A stretch of 64,000 nucleotides of DNA, taken from the NCBI GenBank assembly GCA_012295275.1, contig CM022672.1:25172001-25236000 (forward strand), read 5' to 3'. This DNA is from Chrysomallon squamiferum. Lineage: Eukaryota; Animalia; Mollusca. This document shows, one piece after another, positions 14,916 to 28,974 of this stretch. The notes below the pieces were generated by a model. The model searched no databases and was not told the DNA's origin. It was given only the letters and a program-made list of their open reading frames with translations. Position 1 is the stretch's first letter, and every line of letters begins with the position of its first letter. The position numbers were made by a program, and so were the translations under genes.

Positions 14916-16014
14916 AACGTTTTCGTTTTATCTCGAGAGAATGTTCATATAAACTCTTTTGCAGATACTCTGCATCATTCAGCTCTGATAATGAAGGTCA
15001 CAGACTGTTAATGTTTATTTTTATTTAAAAATGTATAAATCAGGAGGATGTACGATTAACAAATTGTAGACTGTTTTTGTTGCTATTTAGTGAATAATTA
15101 TAATATTATTATTTATAGAATTCACTAAACCCGCTATATGAATGATTTAAAAATGTTTTAATTAGTAGCAAGTGATATATAATACATGGCTTCCCATAGA
15201 CAGGAAAACATAATAAACGAGAAGCCAGTAATGCAGCATTGGCTTGAACGGGATAGAGGACTCTCACGCACGCTAAGAAGAGTTGATCTTCGTACTACTG
15301 GATTTAAGTATTTTTTAAGTAAAACGTTTCTTTCTCTTCACAAACCACTTCTGTGTTTCTTAATGGTCGCAAGTGACGTTCGGCTAAATGGCATCTTGTT
15401 TGTTTTGCCAGGCGGGTGACGGGTTTTATTATTACTGGTTTTCAGCCATCTGCCAAAACACTAACAACCGTGACACGAAGTAATCCGTTACACGGGTCAA
15501 GTATCTGAAAACAGTTTATTTGTTCTATGACAGATGTCCACTGTAGCTAACACACAAATACCCACATGTATAGGTAAGTTATTATACTCGGACACGCTGA
15601 TTATACTAGGATACATACACGTTTATTATACACGCGTATATATAAGTATCCATGTTCACACTTAACTTACAAACGCACAGGTACAGTTAACAAATTGTAT
15701 TAAAAATATACAGTTTACAACCACATATTCACATATATGTGCCTTACATACGGACGAATACTCACACACACGTAAACTCTACGGACAACTTACTATGAAC
15801 AAGATATGCAATGGGTATGCATGTACGTATACATATAATATACATTAGCATAATAATTTTGTACGAAAATACAGTTTTGAATCGAAACAAAAATAAATGA
15901 TAATTTTTTCTCAACAGAGATCTTTGAATGATAATACAGCTTTTCTTTAGCAGCGTTTTTGTCTTTGTTAAAACTCAAAGGTCTGACATAAAACTAAAAA
16001 CTCGAGATTAGTAC

Positions 16015-16290
16015 GATCTGTTATAAGTGGTTACAGCATTGGCCTGAGGTGTGATAGATAACAGGATCGATTCATCCTTGGAGGCTGTTTCGTGTCCAGT
16101 CACACACCATTACAAAAGGCCACTGATTATGATTTCCAGTTTATGGAAAGTTACATATTAAAATTGTTTGATTAGGTTTGGACAAAAAAGAAAAACGTAT
16201 CGGGTTTCATATGAAGATTAAAATTTATGTGCGAAATACAGAATATTTAACATCCGACAGGTGGTGAAAAAAAACAAACAACAACAATAA
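16015..16290 (+). mobile_element. Decayed, near full-length tRNA-derived SINE (Meta/MESC-domain type, from recollection)
   Basis: Box-A-like TATAAGTGGTT (about 16022-16032) and box-B-like GGATCGATTCA (16064-16074). Then GGCTGTTTCGTGTCCAGTCA, AAAGGCC, TGGAAAGTTACATATTAAAA, GAAAAACGTATCGGGTTTC, ATATTTAACATCC and an A-rich tail. The order matches my memory of an abundant gastropod SINE consensus; not database-verified. Confidence 0.6.
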
Positions 16291-16770
16291 TAAGAAAAGA
16301 AGAAAAAAAAGACTTACTGGTATTTTAAGAAAAATAAATGTACCATTAAGATAAATTCTGTATATTTTATTTTTACTGATGTTTACTACTAATCGACAAA
16401 ATTTTAAAGTTAACTGCAAGATACGAACTAAAAACAGTTTTCACACCCTTTAGAATTATAAACATGAACAATCACATGTAACGAAGTTTACATTATTTAC
16501 AAAAAAATGCTCCGACTTTCTTTATTTTTCTTACATCCTTTCTCGTTGTTATTTTATTTTTCTTGAGTTCCACTCCCTCACTGCGTCTGTCAGTTTTAAT
16601 ATCACGAGATTATTTTACTTTATGCACGAGATTACTACACTTTATGTACGTCAAGGTTGCCTTGGCAACGCTCCTGTGGTCTTCATAAATTCTATATTGC
16701 ATATATCCAAGATTTTAATCAAAGTTTCGCAGTACATCCATATGTTCAGAAGTTATAATGATTCGTCGAT

Positions 16771-16802
16771 GAGAGAGAGAGAGAGTGAGTGAGTGAGTGA
16801 GT

Positions 16803-16891
<89 letters not shown>
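16771..16891. repeat. (GA)n/(GAGT)n compound microsatellite
   Basis: Directly visible. Confidence 0.97.
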
Positions 16892-16894
<3 letters not shown>

Positions 16895-17727
16895 GAGATA
16901 GACAGAAACGGAAAGATATAGAGACACATTAAAGAAACGTTTAGAGAAAGGCAGTTAGGTTCAGAGAAACAGGCTGAGAGAGAATAACCAAGAAAGAGAC
17001 AGAGAAAGAGATAAAAATGAAGAACACACATTCACACACACATTTAGACACAAACACATATACCTACAAACACGTTCATTCACATTCACACCTACACATA
17101 CACACTGAGAAACACCTACACACACACACACACTTCAAATAAATAAAACAAAAAATAATAAAAAGATAAAAACACCCCCACCTCCACACAAAAAGAACTC
17201 TAGGTCGTCATAACCTTTCACTTGAAGCAGGAGGCGGCGTACATCAAAGTGATCACCTGGCAAATATCGAGCTCGGGCGAGTTCTTGCAAATTGCGGTGA
17301 TACAACTACGTCAGTGTTACGTTTCAGCAAGCCGGTGCGTGCTAGCGCTTTGTTCTTCGACACGTGCTTTTCACTCGCCTGTCTCCCCCGCTTGTTAGGA
17401 AATAGAATGGTTTTGACAGGTGGGGGCAATTTATCCAGCCTCTTTGTTACCGCCCATATTAACTCAATGTAGAATAACATGCATGCTATATTACAGCGTA
17501 TATCTGCAATATACTGAGTGTTTTACTTAAATTAACTACTGCGCCTCTCTATCTTCGGCTGAGTTCTCTTGTGAAGTCTGAAGTTTTGCGCAAGATATGC
17601 CTATAGAAGCTTAAATAGTTCTGATGGAAAAAGTGTGCTAACCTTAGACCTTTAATTCACGTAAATACAATGAGAGACGTTGACAAAAAATCATACAGTA
17701 TCTATTCAAAATTTTAAAATGATCCAG

Positions 17728-17758
<31 letters not shown>

Positions 17759-19014
17759 TTTAAATAATAAATGAACAAATTATATAAATATATATTAACA
17801 CTGCCAAATAATAAATGAACAAATGAACAAATGAACAAATAAATAAATAAATAAGTAAGTAAGTAAGTAAATAAATAAAAATCCCAGTTTTTAAAAGCAG
17901 GGTCCGCACCAACACAATTACTTACTCTTATATACTTACTTTTTACCCCGTATAATAAACAAATGTTTTTTTTGTTGCTTTTTTTGTTGTTGTTTTTTTT
18001 TTTTCTCAGCAACGACATCATGGACAACTTGTCAAGGCAAACAGTTTCTCTACTCAATCGTGACGGAATCATGTTTGACATAAGCATGTTAATACACATT
18101 CCAGTTGTGTATCTGCAAGACAATCCTGGTTTGCACTAGATCCTGAGAGACACATATACTGCAACAGTTAGTGTTAGTGAGCAATGTCTGGGGAACACTG
18201 ACAACAGAACGGGGCAGTGATAATGGCAAAACGCAGATATGATAAAATTATAATGTGGTTAAACTGTAGAATGATTCAGTTATTGTTGCTTATTAATCGT
18301 TGCTTTTTATCATAAAGATAAATAATAAATAAATAAATAAATAAATAAACAAATAAATAAATAAATAAATAAACAAATAAATAAATAAATAAACAATAAT
18401 AAAAATTAATAATATAAAAGTAAATGAAAAGGCCAAATATAAGCTAGATAATAGATATAATGTAACAAAACCCCAGAAACATCTTGCACGCGCACACAAG
18501 AAACATACACACAAAACTTATCCAAATATAACATAAAATTTTATTTAATTAACTCTCCCAAAAAACAGAAAACAACCAAAAAAAAAACAAAAAAAAAAAA
18601 CATCGTGTTATATTTCATAATTTTCTGGAATTATTCAGTATATGTAATGTAGAAAACAGGTTCTATAATGAACCTGTCGATTCAGTTATCTAATCTTTCA
18701 AATTTATTTTCATCTCTTTATGTCGAACATAAAGGATCCTTCTTGTTGATTCCTGAACAGTTTATATATATAATGTTTTAATTTCAGTACTGCTATCTCA
18801 TTTTGTGTGTAATAATTACATAAATCTTAAATAACTCATAAAAAACAAAAACAGAAAACGAGCACCTAAGGAATTGAAGACTGTTAGAACGTGACCACAA
18901 TATTAATTATAATCTATTTACGTATTCAAAGGAATGAAACTGGAGATAAATTTATGATAAAGTATGACGTTAACATTCCCTTGAGTGTATGTAGGTATAT
19001 GACTATTGACGTCT

Positions 19015-19045
<31 letters not shown>

Positions 19046-19466
19046 ATATAATATATGTATACGTGCCATGTCATTCTGACCCATTATCTTCTTAAGTTTA
19101 GAATCTCAATTATTAAAACGCATATTATCTAAGTAAATACGTTTATAAAATCTCAGACACATCTGCAAAACTTAGACATACACACACATACACATACAAC
19201 ACATAAAACACACACACCTTCACGCACAGACACAGTGACACAAAAACGTTTATTATGTTATTATGATACATAAATGGCAAAATTTAACTATAAAACCAAG
19301 TACCACAAGTAGCAGATTCGTTTCAGATATAAATGTACATAAATCAATAAAACACCATCCATATATTTTATTCCAGAGCAAGAAAAAGGTAACCGATATG
19401 ATTAACTTTCGGTAACTTGTCGAGAAGAGAAAAATAATCGTCGACTCTGTTCCTCTTAATAAGATA

Positions 19467-20154
19467 CAGTGGACTCTCCATTTATTGAACTAAAAGGCGA
19501 TGTGGTGTCTGTTGATGCTAAAAAATGTCCTCGCAGAATAATGCCTGGAGTACAGAGAAACTGAATTGACAGTATTGAAATTGAAATGACATTTTACTAT
19601 CAGGTGTCTTATGACGGTAATATTATATTTCAGTAATTCAAATATTTTAATATTTTTGATTCAACAGTAGGAAATATTTAATGCCTTGACCATATTTAAT
19701 AATCTAAATTATATTAAATGTGAAAATATAATATTTTGTTTTAGTTTATAGAAGAATCGAACTTCTTTTATAACATTCGAGGGAAAAAGCAGCTTTTTGC
19801 TGGTACCAATAGACAGATTTTATAATATTATATTTAAAAATTTAACACTTATCATTATAAAACGGACAAGAAGTAAAATTGTGTCGATTTTGTATCCTAT
19901 TTTACCGAAGAGTCGGATGATAACAAATTCTGAAATTTAAAAACTTGTTTTTAATGTAAAGAACATTTCCACCAATTTTTTTCGCTAAATCCAAGATTCG
20001 TTTGATTTAATCTATTTATCCAAATATGTGGACACACATATTTCAGTAATTCAAATTGAACTTTAACAAATGTCAAAATAACAGTTTATATTAATAGTTA
20101 CTATTTTTACTACAGATAATAAATTTCAGGTTTTCGTTAACAGAGGGTTTACTG
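19467..20154. mobile_element. Possible old pogo/Tigger-type MITE (about 690 bp) with degenerate TIRs
   Basis: Left end TA|CAGTGGACTCTCCATTTA. The right end reverse-complements to TA|CAGTAAACCCTCTGTTAA. Both begin CAGT, are flanked by TA and differ mostly by transitions. No coding remnant seen. Confidence 0.4.
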
Positions 20155-20349
20155 TATTTTCAACTTGCGAGGATATGACAGAAAAACGTAAAATGCACAT
20201 GGCAAACGTTATAAACGAAAGTATATATTAATAAAAAATGTACAGAAACAAAATATTTTCACGTGTTCGTTAACAGAGGGTTTACTGTAGTTTCAAGACG
20301 CGAGGACGTGAAAGAACAATGTAAAAGTGAGCGTGGCAGATCTTATAAA
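20133..20349. repeat. Diverged local duplication of about 83 bp (20133-20215 and 20266-20349)
   Basis: Both copies start TTCGTTAACAGAGGGTTTACTGTA (24/24 identical) and continue TTTCAA...GCGAGGA...GTAAAA...TGGCA...TTATAAA. Confidence 0.9.
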
Positions 20350-21019
20350 TCAGTCTCTTTACAACTGCACTGAGACAGTTTTATACACCAGTTTTGATTG
20401 CTTTTCTGCAGGCATGTCATTTGTATCATGCCGTCGTGACAGTGAAAGCGTTCCAGTTGTATCAACAATCGAGAACTGTTACAGATAAAACGACAGAGCA
20501 AATTGCTTTGGGAAATACCGAACGATTTCCAGAGCTTAGTTATTATGATTGTTCTCCGAATTCTGTGATGACGATGATGATGGTGGTTATAATAGTAATA
20601 ATAATACTGATGATGATGATAACTGATATATATAACGACGATGATGATGATAATAATAATAGTAGTAGTAGCAGTAGTAGTAGTAGTAATAATAGTAATT
20701 GTAGTGGTAGTGTTGTAGCTATAGCATTAGTAATCGTAATAAAAGTAGTAACTGTCGAAACAAATAACAGAAATGGAAACAGATATTATTATATTAATTT
20801 AATCAATAAATATCTACTTGTGTACAACTTACTCATATAAATGCTACTTGAAATTTAAGTATTATACAAATAATATTGCGTTTCAATTCATCAGAGTATC
20901 ATTCTGACAATCTTTAAACTTTGAAAATACGTGGTTAAATAGAATAAATTATAAATTTATCCAGTTTCAAAAAGTAATAATAGCAACATCTATCATAGTA
21001 ATACAAATGCATTTTTAAT

Positions 21020-21020
<1 letters not shown>

Positions 21021-21094
<74 letters not shown>
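21021..21094. repeat. (CT)n microsatellite
   Basis: Directly visible. Confidence 0.98.
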
Positions 21095-21101
<7 letters not shown>

Positions 21102-21384
21102 CAGTTTCCAGTGACATGAAGATTAATCGCTGAGAAGCACAGATAACGCAGACCAGGTGGACCGCCTAAAACGTTTTCAACTTGTCTAACAAAGCAAATG
21201 ATCTTTGAAGTGGGCTCCCGCTGTAGGCAAGAATGCTACTTAGTTTAAAAAATGTTTTGAGAAACATCAGCATATGCAGGAGTGTGTGTGTGATGAAGCA
21301 GAATGTTTGTTCTCTTCATCGATCAAATGAGGCCCACTTTCAATTTAAAGTGAAGAAAGATATAGCACATGTTTTATAGCACAT

Positions 21385-21915
21385 TGTGGAGTGATGTGGT
21401 ATGGTTTAGTGTCATGTAGTGTAGTTTATAACAGTGCTGGGTAGTGTCAAAGGAGTATAGTGTAGCATAATATAGACTAGATTAATGTAGTATAGTATAG
21501 TGTCGTATAGCATAGCATAGTGCTGTATGGGGTAGCATAGTGTAGTGTAATGTCGTATGGTACAATGTAGAGAAGTGTGTTGCAGTGTAGTGTAGTTTTA
21601 TATCGTGTAGTGTTTTTTTGTGTTGTTTATATAATGTAAATTTCCGTGTTCTTTATTGAACGGCAGAATAATGTTATGATGTTATAGTCCAGTGTAGTGC
21701 AGTTCAATATAGTATAATATAATATAGTATAGTGTAGTATAGTGTAATGCTGCAATAATTTAGTATAGTATTATGCAGTATAGTATAGTATAGTAAAGTA
21801 TAATGTAATATAAATAGTTTAGTATAGTAAAGTATAGTGTAATGCTGTAATAATGCAGTAAACTGTAGTATAGTGTGGTGTAATATAGTGTGGTGCAGTT
21901 TAATACAGTGCAGCC
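21385..21915. repeat. Degenerate pentanucleotide array (TAGTG/TAGTA/TAGCA)n
   Basis: 5-bp periodicity throughout, e.g. GTAGTATAGTATAGTGT, TAGCATAGCATAGTG, TAGTATAGTGTAGTATAGTGT. Confidence 0.85.
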
Positions 21916-23288
21916 TAGAGTTATATAATGAAAATGAGGTTTAATATAATGAACGCTAGTGCAATCTTATACAGGGTATTATAAAGGGGTATAATACTAA
22001 GCTGACCAAGGCACATCAGTACAACACGATCCAGGTTAAAAGTCCATCATCCGAAATAATAAAAGCTTTGAAAACCAACCTTTTGTTTTGTTTTGCATAT
22101 AACTTCAGTAAATAATTGTATACAGATATCGTCGGTCGAATTAAGATCCATTATAAATAATCTCCAAGGATTTCAAACGACGGATCGCTGACCTGTGTAG
22201 TGTTGTGTGATGTGATTCATGTGATGTGGTTTACTGTAACAATAAAGTGTTACGTAATTTCACGTAATAGACTGTATTATCAGTTCATGTGTGAACTAGT
22301 TTTTCGCTAATCTGTGCTTGACCGTTGTTTTGTTTCTGTTTCATAGAGAATGCCTGTTATATCTGATTTTGTGTTTGTATATACTGTACAGAAAACTGGT
22401 ATTTATGTATTTATCTGTGATGTTTGTATCTATGAGTTATGTATGTATGAATACCAGTGTGTCTGCAGGTCTGCGCGCGCGCGGCGTGTTTAAGTTTGTA
22501 TAAATGTATGTACGTACATGTGTTTTTGTGCGTATTTGTGTATGCATGTATACTTGTATGTTTGTACTTACGTGTTTTGACGTGTGGCGTTTCTGCTTAT
22601 TCGTTTATAACCACATGCGAAACTGTTTATAAAGTATATGTATCCATATATTTATATTTATGCAGACACATTATATTAAATATTATTTGTATTATAAATG
22701 ACAGATGGGTATCATACTTGAGATATAAAATGAATTAGTTATAAAAAGACCACGGAGTGGCTGTTTCCGTCACCTTGATGTGACCCTCGATTCTGTATGC
22801 TGTTTATGATGATGCTGTTATTACAGTCCTCGTGTGGCGACGTCTCTATCAGTTGTTACATCTGGTGTACTGCGGAATGAAGACGTCAGCGCTGACAGTC
22901 ATGCTGATGTTTGAATACTTTGAAAATATTTTCTTGTATTATCAGTACAGCTGTGTTGACAACTGTTACAGTTTAAAATGAATTATTGAGTTATATTTTT
23001 CAGATGTTTAGATAAAGAGAATAATTTGTTTCATTGTTCGTATGTATACACATATAAGATATTGTAAATACTGAACAGATAAAGTAAAAAATAAATTAAA
23101 AATTAAAAAATTAAATAAGAAATATTTAAAAACAATTCCGATTAATAAATGATGCAAAAAGTTAAATCTTTCATAAATATTGATGTTACAAAAAGTTATA
23201 AATTATAAAACTTTACAGAAACATTCTGACTACTGAATATTATTGTTGTAGTTTCCTTATCTTTATTTCTGTAAATTATATGCCTTTC

Positions 23289-23338
<50 letters not shown>

Positions 23339-24161
23339 TAGTTATATTATCAGCAGCCTCATTCACACAAAAAAAAAAAAAAAAAAAAAAATCGAATAAA
23401 TATAAAAATAAAAAAAAGAGCAAAGAAAAAAACAACCAGCAGCTGCAGCAGAAGAACAAAAAATTCAGGCCATCAACAGATGAACTCTGTCATTTTCATT
23501 TCAGTTTCTGCTCACTCTATTAGCCCGTGCAATAAGCAGTAGTCTGCGAAAACATTAACTGTTTCGAAAATACCCAATTCACAAAACTAGATCACGTGCT
23601 GACCTATCGTCATATCTCGTGCCAGTTTTCGGCAAGCGGGAATTTTGATCACATCACGTGACCTCATCATTATGCGGTTTCGGATGGCGAATCCATACAA
23701 AAACGTGACACGAGGTCGTAACCATTATCAGTTCATTAACATAATTAATTTAAAAAAAGAAGTAATTAGGAGTCTCGCCAGTATTCGACGCCTAATCCTG
23801 ACAGGTGTAATATATTTCGTATGTTCTGCTTTGCGTCAAGAACGGATGTTTTATGACGGTGAAAAAGGAACAGCAGATGTAGCACGTGCGTGCAAGATCC
23901 TCATAAATAAAGCACACACTTGTCACTGGCGTGAGAATTCATGTAAAACAATTGAATGTAGAAAATCTATTTTTGACAGCCAGGCCGCCATTTTTTTTCT
24001 TTCTTCCTCGTTACTTTATTTTATTTTATTTTATTATTATCATAGTGTAGTTAATTTAATTATAGTTTGAAATATATATAATGGAAAATATAATGATTAT
24101 AAAAAAAAAAAAAAAAAAGGGGTTGAGAGATATACCTTTTATGATCTTAAATGAAAATATG

Positions 24162-24164
<3 letters not shown>

Positions 24165-24209
<45 letters not shown>

Positions 24210-24237
24210 CAAAATAAAATGTATGTTGCTGCTAACC

Positions 24238-24285
<48 letters not shown>

Positions 24286-24545
24286 TAATAATAATAATAA
24301 TGATGATGATGATGATAACAACAACAGTAATAATGAAACAAAACAAATTAGCTGCAGATATAATGGTGGTAGGAGTAATAATAGTAGTAGTAGTTGTAGA
24401 AGTAGTGAAAATAGCTGTAATACTGGTAGTAGTAGTAGCAACAGCAGTAGTAACACTAGTAGTAGTACTAGCAGAGGTAGTAATGGAAGTAGTAGTAGTA
24501 ACAATAGCACTATAAAAAGTAGTAGAAGTAACAGTAACAATGGTA
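24165..24545. repeat. Compound (CT)n, (AAT)n, (ATG)n and degenerate (AGT)n low-complexity block
   Basis: Directly visible. It is the source of the poly-L/V/I/Y ORFs at 24056-24618. Confidence 0.93.
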
Positions 24546-26699
24546 TAAGTATTGGTATGTTAGCTGAAAAGTCGTAAAACAAATATTCATTCATATAGCG
24601 AGCGTGATGACACAACAAAACATTTGCTGAATAACCTACTCGTGTGAAATAGAGTAATTAACGCTGTAAGTCAACTTGCGCTGACAGTGTAACGATATAA
24701 TGGTTTCTGTGTGACGTCTGGTATGTCAAATCTTTGTCCTCGATGACCAGTAATTTGTAATATATACGACGGATGAAAACGTTTATTTCACAGTAGTAAG
24801 ACAATTAACTTATTATTTTTACTTAATATTTATATTAGCCATGTTGGTAATATTAATATTATAAATCATATTTATGCTTTTAGCGACAATTACGTAAATT
24901 ATATATTTATCATGTAAAAGCGTACAAAATGTAAAACAAACAAATAAACAACAAAAAAAAAAAAAATAATTAAAAAATAACAACAAAAACAACAACAACG
25001 TAATAATAAATTATAATAATGATAATAATAATAGTAATAATGAGAATAATGATAATAATAATGACAATAACAGTAACAATGATGATAATGGTAGTGATAA
25101 TGATCATGGTAATCTTGATAATGATTATAAGTAAGCGAAACATAAATAAATATATATTTAAAATTACCAGCACATATATATATATATATCATTTATTATT
25201 ATATATACATTACAATAACAAAATCGATCGTATCTTCAAATACCGGAAGTCCATAGACAATGGCAGTTAACGATAAACAAACATGTTCGTTAAAAATAAT
25301 CGGAAGTCAGTTTTCAGCGAACTTTATCAGTATCAGCCCTATCCCCTTTAAAAAAAAAAAAAAAACAAAAAATCAATATTTTGTCCCCTAGAGTTTATCT
25401 GTCAGTCATCATCAGAGTTTAAAACTGTCGCCATGATGACCCCGCCTGATTATTCCGTTCACGGTCGACCTCCATTGATTAATATCTCAAATGCTGACAA
25501 TAGTTGGTTCGTGTCGTGTCCAAAGTTAATGCAATCCTCTTTATCAACAGCATTGGTTCCTAAACCCATCTAATTCAGTTTGCCAATTGTTCGCCAAAGT
25601 AAGAACACTGTCAGTTTTAGATTGCAAGATGCATTCTGATCCGAATCTAATCTGACAGGGTCAAGGAGGTAAGGTCGCCGTTTGTGGACATCCGGAAGAG
25701 GCTGTGATCGTGTTGCTGGCGCATGTCTGTTTTTAGATGGAAAAGGACAATGGAATTCGTCATATCCGTATTTTATTTTAAGAAATGTTTTTGCTTCGAA
25801 GGTCAATGGGAATTGTTTGATCATCAGTAGAAGTTTATGATAATGTTTTTGATTATGACTTCTTTTCAAAGAGAACGAAGAAATTCGTCATTAACGTATT
25901 TGGTTTTAGATTTTTTTCTTGTATTTTTTTTTAGTTTTTTAAGAATTGAGTTGATGGGTGGGTATTAAAAATGTTGGACATGCCTAAGAGTTTGTAATGA
26001 AGTTGTTGTGTAGGCTAGTTTAGACATAAAAGAACAATGAAATTCACTACACAGTATCAGAATCTTTGGACTGATGACAGTTAGTGGGAATAGTTTGGAC
26101 ATCATAAGATGTTGTTTATTCAGGACTGGTTTTAAACAGTAAAATAAAAATATAAAAAAATAAATAAAATTAAAAAAAACCCAGAAAAAAGAACAACAAT
26201 AATATTCATCTTATACTAAGAATCTGCTATAACTTCACAACAAAAGTATTAAAACGAAAAAAACACTTTGAAATTAACCATCTTCTTCTCCTTGCAAAGA
26301 ATACCATCTGTACAAAACTAAATCAGTTAACTCTGTCAGTAATCGAATCAACCGTTTTTCAGATTCGTACTCAGTTTTTCTCTGCCGCGACTCACGGACA
26401 TCAGTGATAAATCTTAATAACTTTCGTTTTCCAAATCATCATCCACAGAATGAAACACAAAATTTCTATTCATCATAAATAATAAATCCGTGTTACAAAG
26501 CCTTAACAACAATAACCGCATTCTCGCTGGATGTTTTATTGGTATTTTATTGTCTAAATGGACGCCAGTCTAGAACACGAATGTGTCATTATCTCCTATT
26601 TGTATGAATGTTTTAGATGTTTGCAGTTTTATTTGTCGTGAAGTCTTCAGACATTTAGTCACAATCGGCTTAAGAAGAAGAAGAAGCAGAAAAAACCCA

Positions 26700-28620
26700 C
26701 AATAAATAACAGGTACAATAATAAAAGTTTATGATAATGTTAACTATGTGTTGTATTTGAAATCGTAGACAGTGACGTTGGAAAAATATAAATAAATTGT
26801 TTTTGTTGACTTAGCGATGGATGGATGAATAATGCTAACAACAACAACAACAACAACAATAACAACAAAATCATAAAATTATAGCTGGCCAATATATGAT
26901 AATAATATAAAGTTTATTTACTATTCAGTGTCTGAAAATGAGTTCAAATGACGCTTGGGTATATTTTGTTGTTGTTGTTGACTTAGAAATGCAAGAGCTA
27001 TCAATAATTTTAAAATATGTCTGTTTTTAGTGTTCAAAATCGTATGTATGTATAAAACATACCAAATGAAGTATGCAACTATTTTTACTTTTTTGTTATC
27101 TATTTATACTTTGACATGTTGGCGTGTCGCAAAATAATAAAATTTGACAGGAATAAGATCAAGTGAAATATGGAAATGTTTTCTTTTATTTACTGAATAA
27201 ATCAATAATGTTTAATTATGCAGAATAATAAAACATGGCAGCAGTAATATTGTAAATTAATGATAATGCAGAATAATAAAATATGGCAGCAGTAATATTG
27301 TAAATTAATGATAATGCAGAATAATAAAATATGGCAGCATTAATATTGTAAATTAATGATAATAATATAAACGCTATTAACCAGATCGTATCAAGTTAGA
27401 AAATAAGTTCAAATGACATATGGAAATATTTTCTGTTACTGACTATGTAATTTATTAATTATTCAGATTAATAAAACGGACAGGAATAGCATTCTAATGC
27501 AATGATAATTATATAACTGTTTGCTAATCAAAATTGTATTTGTGCAAAAAAAGAAAAAATAGAATAATTTATGGATATATTTATTTCTTCCGTTGATTTA
27601 AAAATATGAAAATGCTGTAAAATAATAATACATAACATAACTCATAAAAATCTAAATTATGATAATAATATAAATTCTTTTTACTATTTAGAATCATAAA
27701 ACTTGAAAAGCCTGTTCAAATCAAGTATGAGATACGTTCTACTGTTGACTTAATGACACACATTTGTGTCTGTTGTAAAATAATAATACTTAAAAATACA
27801 ATAATCATAGTATTTCTAACTTATTGATAAGTATATAATTTATAATTAATATTCAAAATCACAACAAAATGAATTCAGTAAGGTATATAAAATATTTTCC
27901 ATTGTTCTCAGCAACGTATTAAATAGCCAGTCTAAAGAAACATTATAATTCATGATAATAATATAAACTTAATTTACTATTCAAAATCGTGTCTGTGTTC
28001 AAGAAACTTATAGAAATGTGTTTTTCTTATTTACTTTGAAATGAACGAGTGCGGCAAATTAATAAAATTGGACAATCAAAGTATTATAATTTCTTGATTC
28101 AGCTATATTTACTATTCAAAATCACATCTCTGTACAAACTGGTTTGAAATATCAGTCCATCAGAATATCATACACCTTTCTCACTCTTTATAGTAAACGC
28201 AAATTCTTATTTTGTATTCAAAATCACATGTCTGCGAAGATATTCAGGATATATATATAAGTATTTTCTGTTGTTAAGTCTATATTAATTCTTTAAGCAA
28301 TAATAAAATACAAGATACTGGATTCTCCCTCTATAAACTAACAACGATAACAATATGTCATATTCTAAACAGTTTTCCTAATCAAAAACAGATCTCCGTA
28401 GAAATCGGTCTAAAGATACGTATAGAAATACTTTCCACTGTAAACTGAAGTATGTGCTAATTTTCAAAATAATAAAATAAAAAACGCTTTCTCACTTCAT
28501 GATAATATAAACTTACTAACAATATATGATAATCTAAACCATGTTTACTATTCAGAATCACATCTCTGTAAAACTCGAGTACAAGAGATGAATGGAAAAA
28601 CGCTCTTTCATTCCCTTTGA
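26700..28620. repeat. Cryptic, highly diverged tandem array, unit about 130-160 bp, roughly a dozen units
   Basis: The anchor ATGATAATAATATAAA...TTTACTATTCA(A/G)AATC...TTCAAAT...GAAATATTTTCT..TTGACTT recurs near 26731, 26897, 27358, 27502, 27659, 27823, 27952, 28095, 28205, 28370 and 28499. Confidence 0.8.
27218..27361. repeat. 48-bp minisatellite, 3 near-identical copies, nested in the cryptic array
   Basis: ATGCAGAATAATAAAA(C/T)ATGGCAGCA(G/T)TAATATTGTAAATTAATGATA starts at 27218, 27266 and 27314. Confidence 0.95.
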
Positions 28621-28938
28621 AAGTGTTTTGAACTTCTAGATCAATTGTCACTTCTGATCACTTGTAGTCGAACAAGGAATGTATTTAGGATCCCACGATC
28701 TCATTATTCATGTATATTTTCTGTTCCTTTCTCTTCTGTTTAATTATTAAGAGGAATGTTTTTCTTTATACTAAAAGATAAAAGAAATATAAAGTATAGA
28801 ACAGGATTCGGCAGCTGCTTATCTGAATGTGATTAATTCAAACTGACTTATATTTAAAAGTTAACGACGATAACAATTGTTCGTTTTCCTTCATGGCTGG
28901 TTGAACGAAGAAAACCATACTGTTTCGTTTAACCCTGA

Positions 28939-28974
<36 letters not shown>

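Noticed and set aside
26700-28620. Conserved-core plus variable-spacer pattern read as a CRISPR-like array
   Set aside because: The cores are not identical, the spacers are homologous to each other and too long, there are no cas genes, and the context is eukaryotic.
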